A DNA stretch of 64,000 nucleotides. Origin: Candidatus Sungiibacteriota bacterium. GTDB taxonomy: Bacteria; Patescibacteriota; Minisyncoccia; Sungbacterales; HO2-52-23. The stretch is taken from positions 317,538-381,537 of the forward strand of contig CP066690.1 of assembly GCA_016432465.1 (NCBI GenBank), read 5' to 3'. The position numbers were made by a program, and so were the translations under genes. Positions 44,453 through 53,828 of the stretch are shown here, in pieces (within the stretch, counting starts at the first letter, position 1; every line of letters begins with the position of its first letter). The notes under the pieces were generated by a model. It had not been told where the DNA came from, did not search any database, and saw only the letters and a program-made list of their open reading frames with translations.

Positions 44453-45322
44453 ATGAAACTACGATTTCACCAACGTATATTTCTTATCGGAATCTTCCTG
44501 ACCTTAGGAGTAGCTGGTATTTTAATTGTCAAAAATTCTGCCGCCAGCGCCAGCGTCTCCGACAACCTATCCGGTTGGGCTTGGAGTGAAAACATCGGCT
44601 GGATTAGTTTTAATTGCTCCAACTCGGGCTCCTGCGGCTCTTCCAATTACGGAGTAAACGTAAAAAATAACGGAGACCTTGAAGGATATGCTTGGTCTGA
44701 AAATATCGGCTGGATAAGTTTTGAGAAGAATGATGTCAAAAACTGCCCCTCTACTCCGTGTAATCCAAAATTCAATAAGGGTCCGGTAACAGTGGAAGGC
44801 TGGGCCAAGGCTCTGGCTGCCGACAACAACGGCTGGGACGGGTGGATTCACCTGAGGGGTTCTAATTATGGAGTTACGGCTAGCGGCTGCAGCTGGGACG
44901 GATATGCGTGGGGCTCTGATGTTTTGGGCTGGATTCATTTCAAAGGAGCAAACTACGGGGTTACGGGTTCGGGAGACGCCTGCGCAGTTGTCTGCAATGA
45001 CACAGTTGATAACGACGGTGATGGTTTTATAGACTATCCTGCTGACGTAGGTTGCTCTTCAACTACTGATATGGATGAGAGAAATCAGTGCACTGATGGT
45101 TTAGACAATGATGCTGATGGAAAAATTGATTTCCCGGCTGATTCCGGATGTACCAGTGCTCAAGATAACGATGAGCTGGACGTAACTCAATGTTCTGACG
45201 GCATTGATAATGACGCTGATGGCAAAATAGACTATCCCAACGATATTGGCTGCGCAACAGTCTCGGACAACGACGAGACAGACCCTCCGGAGCCATTTTT
45301 CAAAGAGGTTCCTCCTGAATAG
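44453..45322 (+). CDS. secreted Cys-rich repeat protein (GWxWSENIGWISF repeats + four CxDGxDNDxDGxIDxPxDxGC repeats)
   Basis: Signal anchor; two WSENIGWISF repeats; four tandem 22-24-aa Asp-rich Cys-bounded repeats (calcium-binding-like); C-terminus PEPFFKEVPPE. Confidence 0.6.
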   Translation: MKLRFHQRIFLIGIFLTLGVAGILIVKNSAASASVSDNLSGWAWSENIGWISFNCSNSGSCGSSNYGVNVKNNGDLEGYAWSENIGWISFEKNDVKNCPSTPCNPKFNKGPVTVEGWAKALAADNNGWDGWIHLRGSNYGVTASGCSWDGYAWGSDVLGWIHFKGANYGVTGSGDACAVVCNDTVDNDGDGFIDYPADVGCSSTTDMDERNQCTDGLDNDADGKIDFPADSGCTSAQDNDELDVTQCSDGIDNDADGKIDYPNDIGCATVSDNDETDPPEPFFKEVPPE

Positions 45323-45458
45323 ACAAAAAGGAAAGAGTAGACAAAATAAGCCATTCCACGGCAATATAATGCCGTGGAATTGCTTTTTGTGTAAAATGGG
45401 TGTATAATATAGATATAAAGACGGAGGCAAAGAAACCCTAAAACGGAGGAAAGAAAAA

Positions 45459-45974
45459 ATGAAGATAGCCGTACTTTTGGGGTTGCTTATTTTCGGAGCC
45501 TTTCAAGAGACACCCGTACCTTTTGTCAACGCCGGCCTTGAGCTCAAGGCCGCGCTCCCAACACACCCCACCATCAGTAATGTCGCCGCATGGCAGAGCG
45601 GCGAAGACATCAACGTCCGATTTGAGTATGCCGACCTCGCCGGCGGGATGGGCCAAGCCGAGTTTTGGGTACAGTGTTTCCAGGTCTGGCAACAAAAAGG
45701 CCTGGAGACACAAACGGTCTGGCCGCTCCTTAGGTTTGTCCTGCCCCAAGATCCACGCCACGACGCTGAACCCAACGGGACGTTTGCGGCCTCCATTCCT
45801 CTCTACTACATCACCCCCAGAGGCGGGTGGACAGGAGAGAGGTTGCGCTGCCGATTCTTCATCTACGGCGCGCGACAGGAGGTCGCTACAAGCGCCAACA
45901 GCAGTCAAACCGTCAGGAACTCCAGCAATATTCTGGAGATAGAACTGACGCCAACGCGGCAGCGTGAGGCATGA
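45459..45974 (+). CDS. secreted hypothetical protein (appears GC-richer than surroundings)
   Basis: RBS GGAGGAAAG then ATG 45459; signal peptide MKIAVLLGLLIFGAFQ; the overlapping minus-strand ORF 45438..45977 is judged spurious. Confidence 0.5.
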   Translation: MKIAVLLGLLIFGAFQETPVPFVNAGLELKAALPTHPTISNVAAWQSGEDINVRFEYADLAGGMGQAEFWVQCFQVWQQKGLETQTVWPLLRFVLPQDPRHDAEPNGTFAASIPLYYITPRGGWTGERLRCRFFIYGARQEVATSANSSQTVRNSSNILEIELTPTRQREA

Positions 45975-46123
45975 CACGTCCTAGATAGACCGAACAGTAG
46001 TTCAGAGCAGGGTAACCACCCCCTGCTCGTTCCTTTTTGTTAGAGACCATGTTTGTAGACTTAGTAGTCTACAACAAAACCACACTGGGCAAAGATTAAA
46101 AGCCGTGGTTTAATGAAAGCATC

Positions 46124-47617
46124 ATGACTTTTGTAAATAAAAAGACGTTACTGGTTCTACTAATTTTAGTGGTGTTGGTAGTATTCATCTATCCGCATCC
46201 GGCTGACGCTTTTTTCCATAAAAGTTTCTTCAAGTTTTTAAAAAAATTGCTTCCAATAATCATTATTGTTGCGGCGGCTGTTGTAGGCGGCATGGCGGTA
46301 TCGGGTATTATCCTTGTTAAGGCTATTGGCACGACAAGTCTTTTGATCGTAGGGACAGCAGTAGCCGTAACCTCGGTGCTGGGTTTGGACTGCGTTCTGC
46401 CCAATGTTGGTACTGACCCCAACTTTGTATGTAAGGGCACCACCGCCGCGCAAAGTTTTCTCGGTGGAGACAGAATTCTTGGATGCGATCCCTCGGCTGG
46501 GAGTACGCTTGGGGTAGATGTCAAAGCAAAAAGTGAAGATGGTCCAGTTGCGCTCACGGAACCGGCATTCTATAACGTGGCCTGGTGCATTAACGGAGTA
46601 AAAGCAGGGTCTATTCAGGATGAAGAAGGTACGGGAAAACAATATGTTGCCTTTGACAATGAAGGTAACAACGCAGTGCTCAGTGAGTGCGGTTGGGGCG
46701 GAAATAGATTTAGCGGAAGAGTGACGTCTTTTTCAGATTTTAATCAGGAACTGGGTGATTCCATAGATAAAGGCGGCGGTAAAAGAGAATACCAGGGAAT
46801 GAAAGTTGGAACATATACCTACACTGTCAACTGCACCCAACCCAAAACCGAAAGCGTGGACCTTGGCGAGGGTCGCATACGAGAATACGTGGTTGGCATT
46901 GAATCTTCTTCAGATACGGTTGTGGTAATAGTAAATCCAAAACAGACTGGCGGAGGCAGTACCGGAGGAGGACAGACAGGCGGCGGACAAACCGGAGGCG
47001 GACAAACTGGGGGTGGGCAACAACAGCAACAACAGCAGCAACAGCAGCAGCAAACACAACCTCAAGCCGGAACCCAATGCAATCCTCCTCGTTGGAATGA
47101 TATAAGAGTGGATGCGTGTCTGGACGAGGAAGGTGGTAAGGCAAACTGTGACAAAAAACAAGAGGCAGCCAATGGATGGTGCAGTATTGCTTGTGGGGGA
47201 GGAGAGGCATTGGGTTTTAACACTTTCTGGGACGATACTGGCCCCGGTACAAAATACGTACCCACTGGCAGAGTATGCCCAACCTGTAATTTCTACTTCA
47301 CCAGTGTTTCTTGCGGCAGACGCGAAGCGACCAAACCGCCACCGCCAGCCCCTGCGGCCATTATGAATTTCCTTGCTGCGCCAAAATCTATTAACCCCGG
47401 AGAATCCACAACTTTGTCTTGGTCTTCAATAAATGCGACTTCCTGCAATATAGATCAAGGAATCGGCCCTGTTGATACCAGAGGTTCTCGCTCTGTAAAC
47501 CCAACCAAAAGTACCACCTATACTCTGACCTGCTCCGGAGAAGGGGGCTCGCATTCTGCCAGCGTTACGGTTGATGTTTCCAAAATACCATTTCAAAAAG
47601 AAGTAGTGCCGGAATGA
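46124..47617 (+). CDS. large Cys-rich surface protein, paralog 1 (N-terminal TMs, Cys-rich domain, GGGQT/poly-Q linker, Cys-rich module, Ig-like C-terminal domain)
   Basis: Two N-terminal TM helices; (TGGGQ)x4 + Q12 low-complexity linker; C-terminal ~190 aa nearly identical to 50253..51674; ends KIPFQKEVVPE. Confidence 0.65.
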   Translation: MTFVNKKTLLVLLILVVLVVFIYPHPADAFFHKSFFKFLKKLLPIIIIVAAAVVGGMAVSGIILVKAIGTTSLLIVGTAVAVTSVLGLDCVLPNVGTDPNFVCKGTTAAQSFLGGDRILGCDPSAGSTLGVDVKAKSEDGPVALTEPAFYNVAWCINGVKAGSIQDEEGTGKQYVAFDNEGNNAVLSECGWGGNRFSGRVTSFSDFNQELGDSIDKGGGKREYQGMKVGTYTYTVNCTQPKTESVDLGEGRIREYVVGIESSSDTVVVIVNPKQTGGGSTGGGQTGGGQTGGGQTGGGQQQQQQQQQQQQTQPQAGTQCNPPRWNDIRVDACLDEEGGKANCDKKQEAANGWCSIACGGGEALGFNTFWDDTGPGTKYVPTGRVCPTCNFYFTSVSCGRREATKPPPPAPAAIMNFLAAPKSINPGESTTLSWSSINATSCNIDQGIGPVDTRGSRSVNPTKSTTYTLTCSGEGGSHSASVTVDVSKIPFQKEVVPE

Positions 47618-47639
47618 AGCTCCGACCAGCAAGCTGGTC

Positions 47640-47716
47640 GGTATTTGGCGAAGGAGAAGTTAAGTTCTAAAAAGTCCCGACCAGTCGGGGCTTTTTAGAA
47701 CTTAACTTCTCCTATC
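47640..47716. terminator. bidirectional terminator (long palindrome)
   Basis: GGAGAAGTTAAGTTCTAAAAAG-TCCCGACCAGTCGGGGC-TTTTTAGAACTTAACTTCTCC, >20-bp outer stem. Confidence 0.65.
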
Positions 47717-49182
47717 AAAACATTAAATTGATTGGCAAAACCAATACTTTCTATGCTGCCATCGGGTGTAAAAATACCCGCAATATCGCGCCTTCCGCTC
47801 ACAATAATCGGGACCCGCAGCCATACTGCCTCAATTCTGCGAAGATTATTTGTTAATGCCAGATAATTTTCTATTCCCAGCGGCACCCAAAGATTGCTTG
47901 AAGTATTTATAATAATATTTGCGCCGCCCCGAACCGCGCGCCGAAGCCGGGTGGGGTCATGAATCTCAAGACAAATAGGAGAGGCAATTTTGAGATTATC
48001 AAACAAAACCGTACCGCCCTTGCCAAAGGAAAATGAGTACTCGGGGTGAAACACGACGTTGTCGCCGTAGCGCGCCGCATTGGCTTGAGACCCCTTCAGA
48101 AACCAACCAAAATAAAACGGTCGCCATGTCCCAAATGGCCAGTACTCGCCGCCTATGGCCAGACTCCGTTTGTGATAAACCGCCTCCAGCTCGCCAGAAG
48201 GAGAAAAAAAGAGGTTTGAGTTATACTTCTTTCCCTGTTCAATTGTGGTTAGATTGGCAACCACGCGCGTCCCTGCCGAGCGCGCCAGCGCGCGATAGGA
48301 CTGGATCAAGCCTCCGTTATTTGTGATATTAAACTTTTGCAATGCTTCCTTATCAACGTCGTTGGTAACATTCACGTCAACAAGCGCCTCCGGCAGCGCC
48401 ACCAAGTCAACTTGACGCGCTGAAAGTTTTTCTTTAAGCGGCGCGAGAAACGCCTCAATGCGCGCGAGAAACTCTGCCTGCTTTTCCGGCGTGATCTCTA
48501 TGTTCCGTAACCCGTCAAATTCAGTGCCCAAGGGGTTTGTAGAAATAGCGGCAATACGAAAACTTCGGGGTAGAACTTCGTAGGCCTTGAGGCGGCTTGC
48601 AAGGGTCGCCGAAGAAATCTGCCATCCCAGCAGCAAAAAACCCACTGCCAGTAAAATAGGAATTAGGGGGCGTGAATGCCGCCGGTAGTAACCGAGGAAA
48701 ATCAACCAATTCACAAGTATCACAAAAAAACCCATACCCAAAAACCCTCCCCACCGCGCCAGACCCAAAAACGGACCTTGGCCCAAAATCGCCCCGGAAT
48801 TTATGGCAAATGAAGGGAAAAACCCACTTGCGGAAGCAAGATAGTCAAAAACGGCCCAAAATAGGGGCAAAGAAAAAATCGCCGCGCGTTCTCCCAAAAA
48901 ACGCCGCGCAACAAAAAATGCCACGGGAAAACCAAGAAATACAATGATGGGTATGCCAAAAACAACCGGGTCAAAAATAAAATAAACCGCACCCAAAGCA
49001 AAAAGGAACCGGTATATCAATGTCCCAAAAATCAGACGCCACAGCCGCCCCTCTTTTAAATAAAAAACAAAAAGTGGCACGGCAAACAAAAACCCCAACC
49101 ACCAGAAATTATACGGCGGCAGAGAAAAAATCTGCAGCGCCGCCGATACTACCACTAAAATAATCCACAGGCGTGCTTTCAT
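47695..49182 (-). CDS. lnt: apolipoprotein N-acyltransferase
   Basis: N-terminal polytopic membrane region followed by a C-N hydrolase domain (..EYWPFG.., ..ASPICLEIHDP.. with catalytic Cys context). Confidence 0.65.
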   Translation of the reverse strand: MKARLWIILVVVSAALQIFSLPPYNFWWLGFLFAVPLFVFYLKEGRLWRLIFGTLIYRFLFALGAVYFIFDPVVFGIPIIVFLGFPVAFFVARRFLGERAAIFSLPLFWAVFDYLASASGFFPSFAINSGAILGQGPFLGLARWGGFLGMGFFVILVNWLIFLGYYRRHSRPLIPILLAVGFLLLGWQISSATLASRLKAYEVLPRSFRIAAISTNPLGTEFDGLRNIEITPEKQAEFLARIEAFLAPLKEKLSARQVDLVALPEALVDVNVTNDVDKEALQKFNITNNGGLIQSYRALARSAGTRVVANLTTIEQGKKYNSNLFFSPSGELEAVYHKRSLAIGGEYWPFGTWRPFYFGWFLKGSQANAARYGDNVVFHPEYSFSFGKGGTVLFDNLKIASPICLEIHDPTRLRRAVRGGANIIINTSSNLWVPLGIENYLALTNNLRRIEAVWLRVPIIVSGRRDIAGIFTPDGSIESIGFANQFNVLIGEVKF

Positions 49183-49211
49183 CTTTTCTTTTAGTATACT
49201 ACGATTAAAAA

Positions 49212-49661
49212 ATGGAACCGACTCCTCCTATAATAAAAATCATATTTAAGATTTTGGCGCTTGCTATACTCATAGTCGCTGCGCTTTCTTTTATCGGCCT
49301 ATGGCTTCAGGTATTTTCCGCCAGAGCCGACTTTTGGTATATAATCCGTGCCGCAACTTTAGTTCTTCTTAACCTTGTGGGGTTTTACGGATTTTGGAAT
49401 ATGCGGACTTGGCTTGTGTCCATCCTTCTCCTAAACCTTATCAACATGGCGGTAAGCCAAGCCCTTGGCCTCGGCTCCTTCTCAACAGTAACTCTTTTGG
49501 TGGTGGTAGGCATTTTTGTCTTGGTGGCGCTGCTCCGCAGACACCTTAGCGGAAGGTACGAAGAGCCCCTGCCGCTTATTCTTTTTATCGGAGGCGCTCT
49601 CTTGAGCCATATCGCGGCTCGCTTTATAACCTCTGGTGCTGTTGACTTTTTCGTGAAATAG
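49212..49661 (+). CDS. hypothetical integral membrane protein
   Basis: 149-aa ORF with 4 predicted TM helices. Confidence 0.5.
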   Translation: MEPTPPIIKIIFKILALAILIVAALSFIGLWLQVFSARADFWYIIRAATLVLLNLVGFYGFWNMRTWLVSILLLNLINMAVSQALGLGSFSTVTLLVVVGIFVLVALLRRHLSGRYEEPLPLILFIGGALLSHIAARFITSGAVDFFVK

Positions 49662-49720
49662 GGGTATAATTAGAGTATAGTAAACCCCAAAAAGCCAGAA
49701 AACCAGAAAAGGAGGCAGAA

Positions 49721-50206
49721 ATGAAAAACAGGGGGTTCGCTCTTTTCACACTAGTTGCGGTGGCCCTCGTTTTTGGGGGCTGCGCAGTCGTCAATACCAG
49801 CGTAAGACCGAGTGCCCCGTTCCTCAACATCGACGGCTTCAATGCCGTCGAAATCAAGGGCAAGATCACGGACAAACAACGGGTCGAGGAGCTGAAGAAG
49901 TTCCTCGACGCCAAGATTGGGGGACTGGGCGAAGGGTCTGCTTCCCTCCTCATAGATTTCACCGTCTATGATGAGGGGGACGACCTCACACGCAGGATGC
50001 TTGGCTTTGGGGCGGGGAAGGTCCGCTTCGGAGCACAGGTGTCGATTCTGAAGAACGGACAGGCCGTATTTACGTGGCCTGTCTGGATAGATTCCAGCAT
50101 CACCGCTCACATCACGGTGGGCGGAATGCTGGAGAGGTTCGCCGAGAAGGTTGCGGCGGACCTTGCATCCATTCTTCGTAAGACCCCCCAGCCCTCAACG
50201 GGTTAG
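49721..50206 (+). CDS. putative lipoprotein (appears GC-richer than surroundings)
   Basis: TATAAT at 49667; RBS AAAGGAGGCAG; signal + lipobox-like LVFGGC. Confidence 0.5.
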   Translation: MKNRGFALFTLVAVALVFGGCAVVNTSVRPSAPFLNIDGFNAVEIKGKITDKQRVEELKKFLDAKIGGLGEGSASLLIDFTVYDEGDDLTRRMLGFGAGKVRFGAQVSILKNGQAVFTWPVWIDSSITAHITVGGMLERFAEKVAADLASILRKTPQPSTG

Positions 50207-50252
50207 GGGGTTTTATATTGTTTTAGTACTAAGAAAACATTATTATAAATTT

Positions 50253-51674
50253 GTGGACCAGAGACTTCGCACAAACACAAAGGATAACAAAGTAGCATGG
50301 AGACTACTGATCGTTTTTTTACTTATATCTTTATTACTGCCGTCCGCAACCTATGCGGCCATACTCCCATTTCCAATTATAATCGCCCTCATTGCGGCCA
50401 CCGGAATTGCCGTGACGATTGACTACGCCACCTGCGTCGTAAATGTCGTCTGGGGCGGATGCGGCAACGGCGGTAAGAGTTTTGAAGGAGAACGGGGGAT
50501 TGGTTGTGATCCTCGTTCCGATACGCTCGGCGTTGACGTGAAAGCTAATAATTCCGATGCGCCGGAACCTTTTAATGAACCGGCATTTTATAACATTAAC
50601 TTTTGTATAAAGGGCCCGTGGGCGGAATACACGGAAGGCGGGCAGAGTTTTAACACCAATAGAATGCAGTGCGGATGGAGCGGCAATAGATTTGGCAGCG
50701 AAGAGACCAGAAACTCCGGCAGCTTTCGGGAGTGGGGGGAATGGGGCGGTCCCGGAGGCTCAATTCCTCAAGGCATGAAAGCGGGAACCTATACTTATAC
50801 CCTTTCCTGCACAGGAGCATCCAAAGATCTTGAAGGAGGAGGACCAGAGCAGTCAGCTTCGGACACGGTGGTGGTCAATGTAACCGCAAAAACTACATGC
50901 GTTGCCGATACCTGGAGTTGTGGAGACTGGAGCTCTTGTTCAAACGGCAACCAAACCCGTTCGTGTAATAAAACCTTTGATTGTTCGTCAACAGACACTC
51001 CTTCGCCGCCAACTAGTCAGTCCTGTACAATCAGCAGTGAAACTGATGGGGGTAAAAAGGACGATGGAAGTAAAAAAGATGATGGAAGTAAAAAGGACGA
51101 CGGACAACAGCAACAACAACAGCAGCAAACACAACCCCAAGCCGGAACCCAGTGTAATCCTCCTCGTTGGAATGATATAAGAGTGGATGCGTGTCTGGAC
51201 GAGGAAGGTGGTAAAGCAAACTGCGATAAAAAACAAGAGGCAGCCAATGGGTGGTGCAGTATTGCTTGTGGGGGAGGAGAGGCATTGGGTTTTAACACTT
51301 TCTGGGATACTAGTGGTCCCGGTACTAAATACGTTCCTACGGGCAGAGTATGCCCAACTTGTAGTTTCTACTTCACCAGTGTTTCTTGCGGCAGACGCCG
51401 ACCACCTCCGGCAGCCATTATGAGCTTTATTGCCTCACCCCGCTCCATCAATCCCGGAGAGTCAACCACTCTTTCTTGGTCCTCATTAAACGCCACCTCT
51501 TGTAACCTTAATCAGGGCATTGGTTCGGTTTCCACCAGCGGTTCTCGCTCTGTAAACCCAACCAAAAGTACCACCTATACTCTGACCTGCTCCGGAGAAG
51601 GGGGCTCGCATTCTGCCAGCGTTACGGTTGATGTTTCCAAAATACCATTTCAAAAAGAAGTAGTGCCGGAATGA
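50253..51674 (+). CDS. large Cys-rich surface protein, paralog 2
   Basis: Same architecture as 46124..47617; (DGGKKD/DGSKKD)x3 + Q8 linker; C-terminal module near-identical at nucleotide level; the track ORF begins at ATG 50151 overlapping the upstream gene, an in-frame GTG at 50253 is an alternative start; start unresolved. Confidence 0.55.
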   Translation: MDQRLRTNTKDNKVAWRLLIVFLLISLLLPSATYAAILPFPIIIALIAATGIAVTIDYATCVVNVVWGGCGNGGKSFEGERGIGCDPRSDTLGVDVKANNSDAPEPFNEPAFYNINFCIKGPWAEYTEGGQSFNTNRMQCGWSGNRFGSEETRNSGSFREWGEWGGPGGSIPQGMKAGTYTYTLSCTGASKDLEGGGPEQSASDTVVVNVTAKTTCVADTWSCGDWSSCSNGNQTRSCNKTFDCSSTDTPSPPTSQSCTISSETDGGKKDDGSKKDDGSKKDDGQQQQQQQQTQPQAGTQCNPPRWNDIRVDACLDEEGGKANCDKKQEAANGWCSIACGGGEALGFNTFWDTSGPGTKYVPTGRVCPTCSFYFTSVSCGRRRPPPAAIMSFIASPRSINPGESTTLSWSSLNATSCNLNQGIGSVSTSGSRSVNPTKSTTYTLTCSGEGGSHSASVTVDVSKIPFQKEVVPE

Positions 51675-51699
51675 ATTCTAAAAAGTCCCGACTGGTCGG

Positions 51700-51990
51700 G
51701 ACTTTTTAGATTACCTTAAGAAAACTAAATTTTCTTCTAAGAGTGTGAACGGAGAGCGCGGTCGAAGCTATTTGGGTTTCCAGACAGTGGGAGGCGAAGT
51801 TTGCTTGGCCCGCCGAAGGCGGAAACTTCGCCGACCCTTAGTGAGGTCGCCGTCCCTAGGCGGCGAAGCCGCCGGTGGCTAGGCTCTTAAAGCCGCCATC
51901 CCGGCTAATGCCTAGGGAGATGCCGGCCTGAAGGGCCTAGGCACTGGACGACCGAATCGTGTCTGGAACCTAAATAGCTGAGGGAACCGC
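51700..51990. ncRNA. GC-rich, highly structured noncoding region (candidate ncRNA, family not identified)
   Basis: ~290 nt between convergent genes with many nested palindromes (GGCGGC-GAA-GCCGCC, CCTAGG...CTAGG, GCCGGCC..GGGCC) and no plausible ORF. Confidence 0.3.
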
Positions 51991-51994
51991 GCGA

Positions 51995-53533
51995 TTATCT
52001 TGCATACTCCACCACCCTTGTTTCCCTGATCACGTGCACCTTAATCTCTCCCGGATACTTTAGCTCGCCCTCAACCTGCTGGGCAATTTTTCGCGCCAGC
52101 TCCCGCGCCTCAAGGTCGTTTATTTTATCCGGGGTGACGAAAATGCGTATTTCCCGTCCGGCAGAAATCGCATAAGCCTTCTCTACTCCTTCAAACGAAG
52201 TCGCAATACGCTCCAAGTCCTCAAGGCGTTTTAAGTAATTTTCAATGGTATCACGCCGCGCTCCGGGGCGAGAAGCAGAAACAGCATCCACGGTCTGCAC
52301 AATAATTGATTCCAAGGTTTCGTACGGATATTCCTCGTGATGTGACTGCATGGCTTGAACCACTCGGTTATCAACTCCGAATTTTTGCAAAATTCTTCGG
52401 CCAATCTCAACGTGGGTTCCCGTAACCTCATGGTCAACCGCCTTGCCGATATCATGAAGTAATGCTCCTTTTTTGGCTATGGCCACGTCCCCGCCAACTT
52501 CCTCTGCCAGCATTCCTGCCAAATGCGTCATTTCAATGGAGTGCTGCAGTACGTTTTGACCGTAGCTGGTGCGAAATTTAAGCCTACCCAGAAGCGTGAT
52601 AAGCCTGGGGTCAAGATCAAAAATTCCAACCTCGTAAGAGGCTTGATCTCCGGCATCTTTAATTTGTTTTTCAATGTTCTCGCGTGCTTTGTCAGCCGCC
52701 TCTTCAATGCGCGCCGGCTGAATTCTCCCGTCCTGAATCAGTATTTCAAGAGCGGTTTTGGCAATCTGGCGCCTGACCGGATCAAAAGCGGATATTACAA
52801 TGGAGCCGGGCGTATCATCCACAATAATTTCCACCCCTGCGGCGCGCTCCAGAGCCTTAATATTGCGCCCTTCACGTCCAATAATTTTACCCTTCAGGTC
52901 GTCCGAGGGAATAACAACGGTGGTGGTAGTAACTTCCGAGGTGGTGGCTGTGGCCAGTCTTTGAATCAGCGCCGCCAAAATATTTTTTGCTCTTTTTTCC
53001 AAATCCTCTATGCCCATCTGTTCCAGTTTCTTTATTCTCATCATAAGGTCTTCAGCATGTTCTTTTTCAATTCGCTTCATTAGTTCTCCGATCGCCTGAT
53101 CTTTGGAAAGACCCGATACGCGCTCCAATTCCTTAAGAATCTCTTCGCGACGCGCCTCAACCTCGGCTTTGATTTCTTTTACTTTAGCCACGCGCTCCTC
53201 AAAATCTTTTTCTTTTTTTTCAAATTCCTGCACCCGCCTGTCCACCATGGCTTCTCGTTCCATCAACCGCTCCTCCAGTCTCCGAACCTGCGCGAGTCTT
53301 TCTTTTTCCTCGCTCTTTGCCTCCTCCAAAACCTTGGCTGCTTTTTCTTTGGCCTCCAACAATATTTCTTTGGACTCGGCCCTGGAATCATCAATTAGTT
53401 TTTTGAGTTTTCCCTCAATCGTTGACTTTCGCTGTTGGGCAATGAGCTGACGTATAAAATAGCCCAGAGCGATTCCAAGACCAAGCGCCAAAACTCCTAA
53501 TACGATAAATGTAGACATAAATTTACGGAGCAA
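51995..53533 (-). CDS. rny: ribonuclease Y
   Basis: N-terminal TM, long coiled coil, KH domain, HD domain (LLHDIGKAVDHEV...). Confidence 0.85.
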   Translation of the reverse strand: MLRKFMSTFIVLGVLALGLGIALGYFIRQLIAQQRKSTIEGKLKKLIDDSRAESKEILLEAKEKAAKVLEEAKSEEKERLAQVRRLEERLMEREAMVDRRVQEFEKKEKDFEERVAKVKEIKAEVEARREEILKELERVSGLSKDQAIGELMKRIEKEHAEDLMMRIKKLEQMGIEDLEKRAKNILAALIQRLATATTSEVTTTTVVIPSDDLKGKIIGREGRNIKALERAAGVEIIVDDTPGSIVISAFDPVRRQIAKTALEILIQDGRIQPARIEEAADKARENIEKQIKDAGDQASYEVGIFDLDPRLITLLGRLKFRTSYGQNVLQHSIEMTHLAGMLAEEVGGDVAIAKKGALLHDIGKAVDHEVTGTHVEIGRRILQKFGVDNRVVQAMQSHHEEYPYETLESIIVQTVDAVSASRPGARRDTIENYLKRLEDLERIATSFEGVEKAYAISAGREIRIFVTPDKINDLEARELARKIAQQVEGELKYPGEIKVHVIRETRVVEYAR

Positions 53534-53828
53534 GACTCATAAATACAAATAGCCCCCTTCGGGCCGCGGGGTAATGCGGATGAGGTTAAACCAAATTTAC
53601 CGATCCAGTTTTATCGGTGCCCTTAAAAACTTATAGTTCCTAAGAGAAATTAATAACACGTTAAACTATGAAGTGGTCAAAAACGGAAAGCTCACCGCAC
53701 ATTACCACCAGCCGACTATTTATAATTCTGTGCCTCTTTCCTAGTTTCCAATGATTTCAACTTTTGTAACTCCAGTATAGCAAACCAGGTTTCTGGTGTC
53801 AAATATTAACTGTGTTAAAATAGGAAAC

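Noticed and set aside
45438-45977. 179-aa minus-strand ORF antisense to the secreted-protein gene 45459..45974
   Set aside because: GC-rich DNA gives long open frames on both strands; only the plus-strand frame has an RBS, ATG and signal peptide
46827-47265. Minus-strand ORFs (127, 83, 67 aa) within paralog 1, and the equivalents at 50988-51298 within paralog 2
   Set aside because: Generated by the poly-Q/GGGQT low-complexity region read in other frames (poly-Leu / poly-Cys translations)
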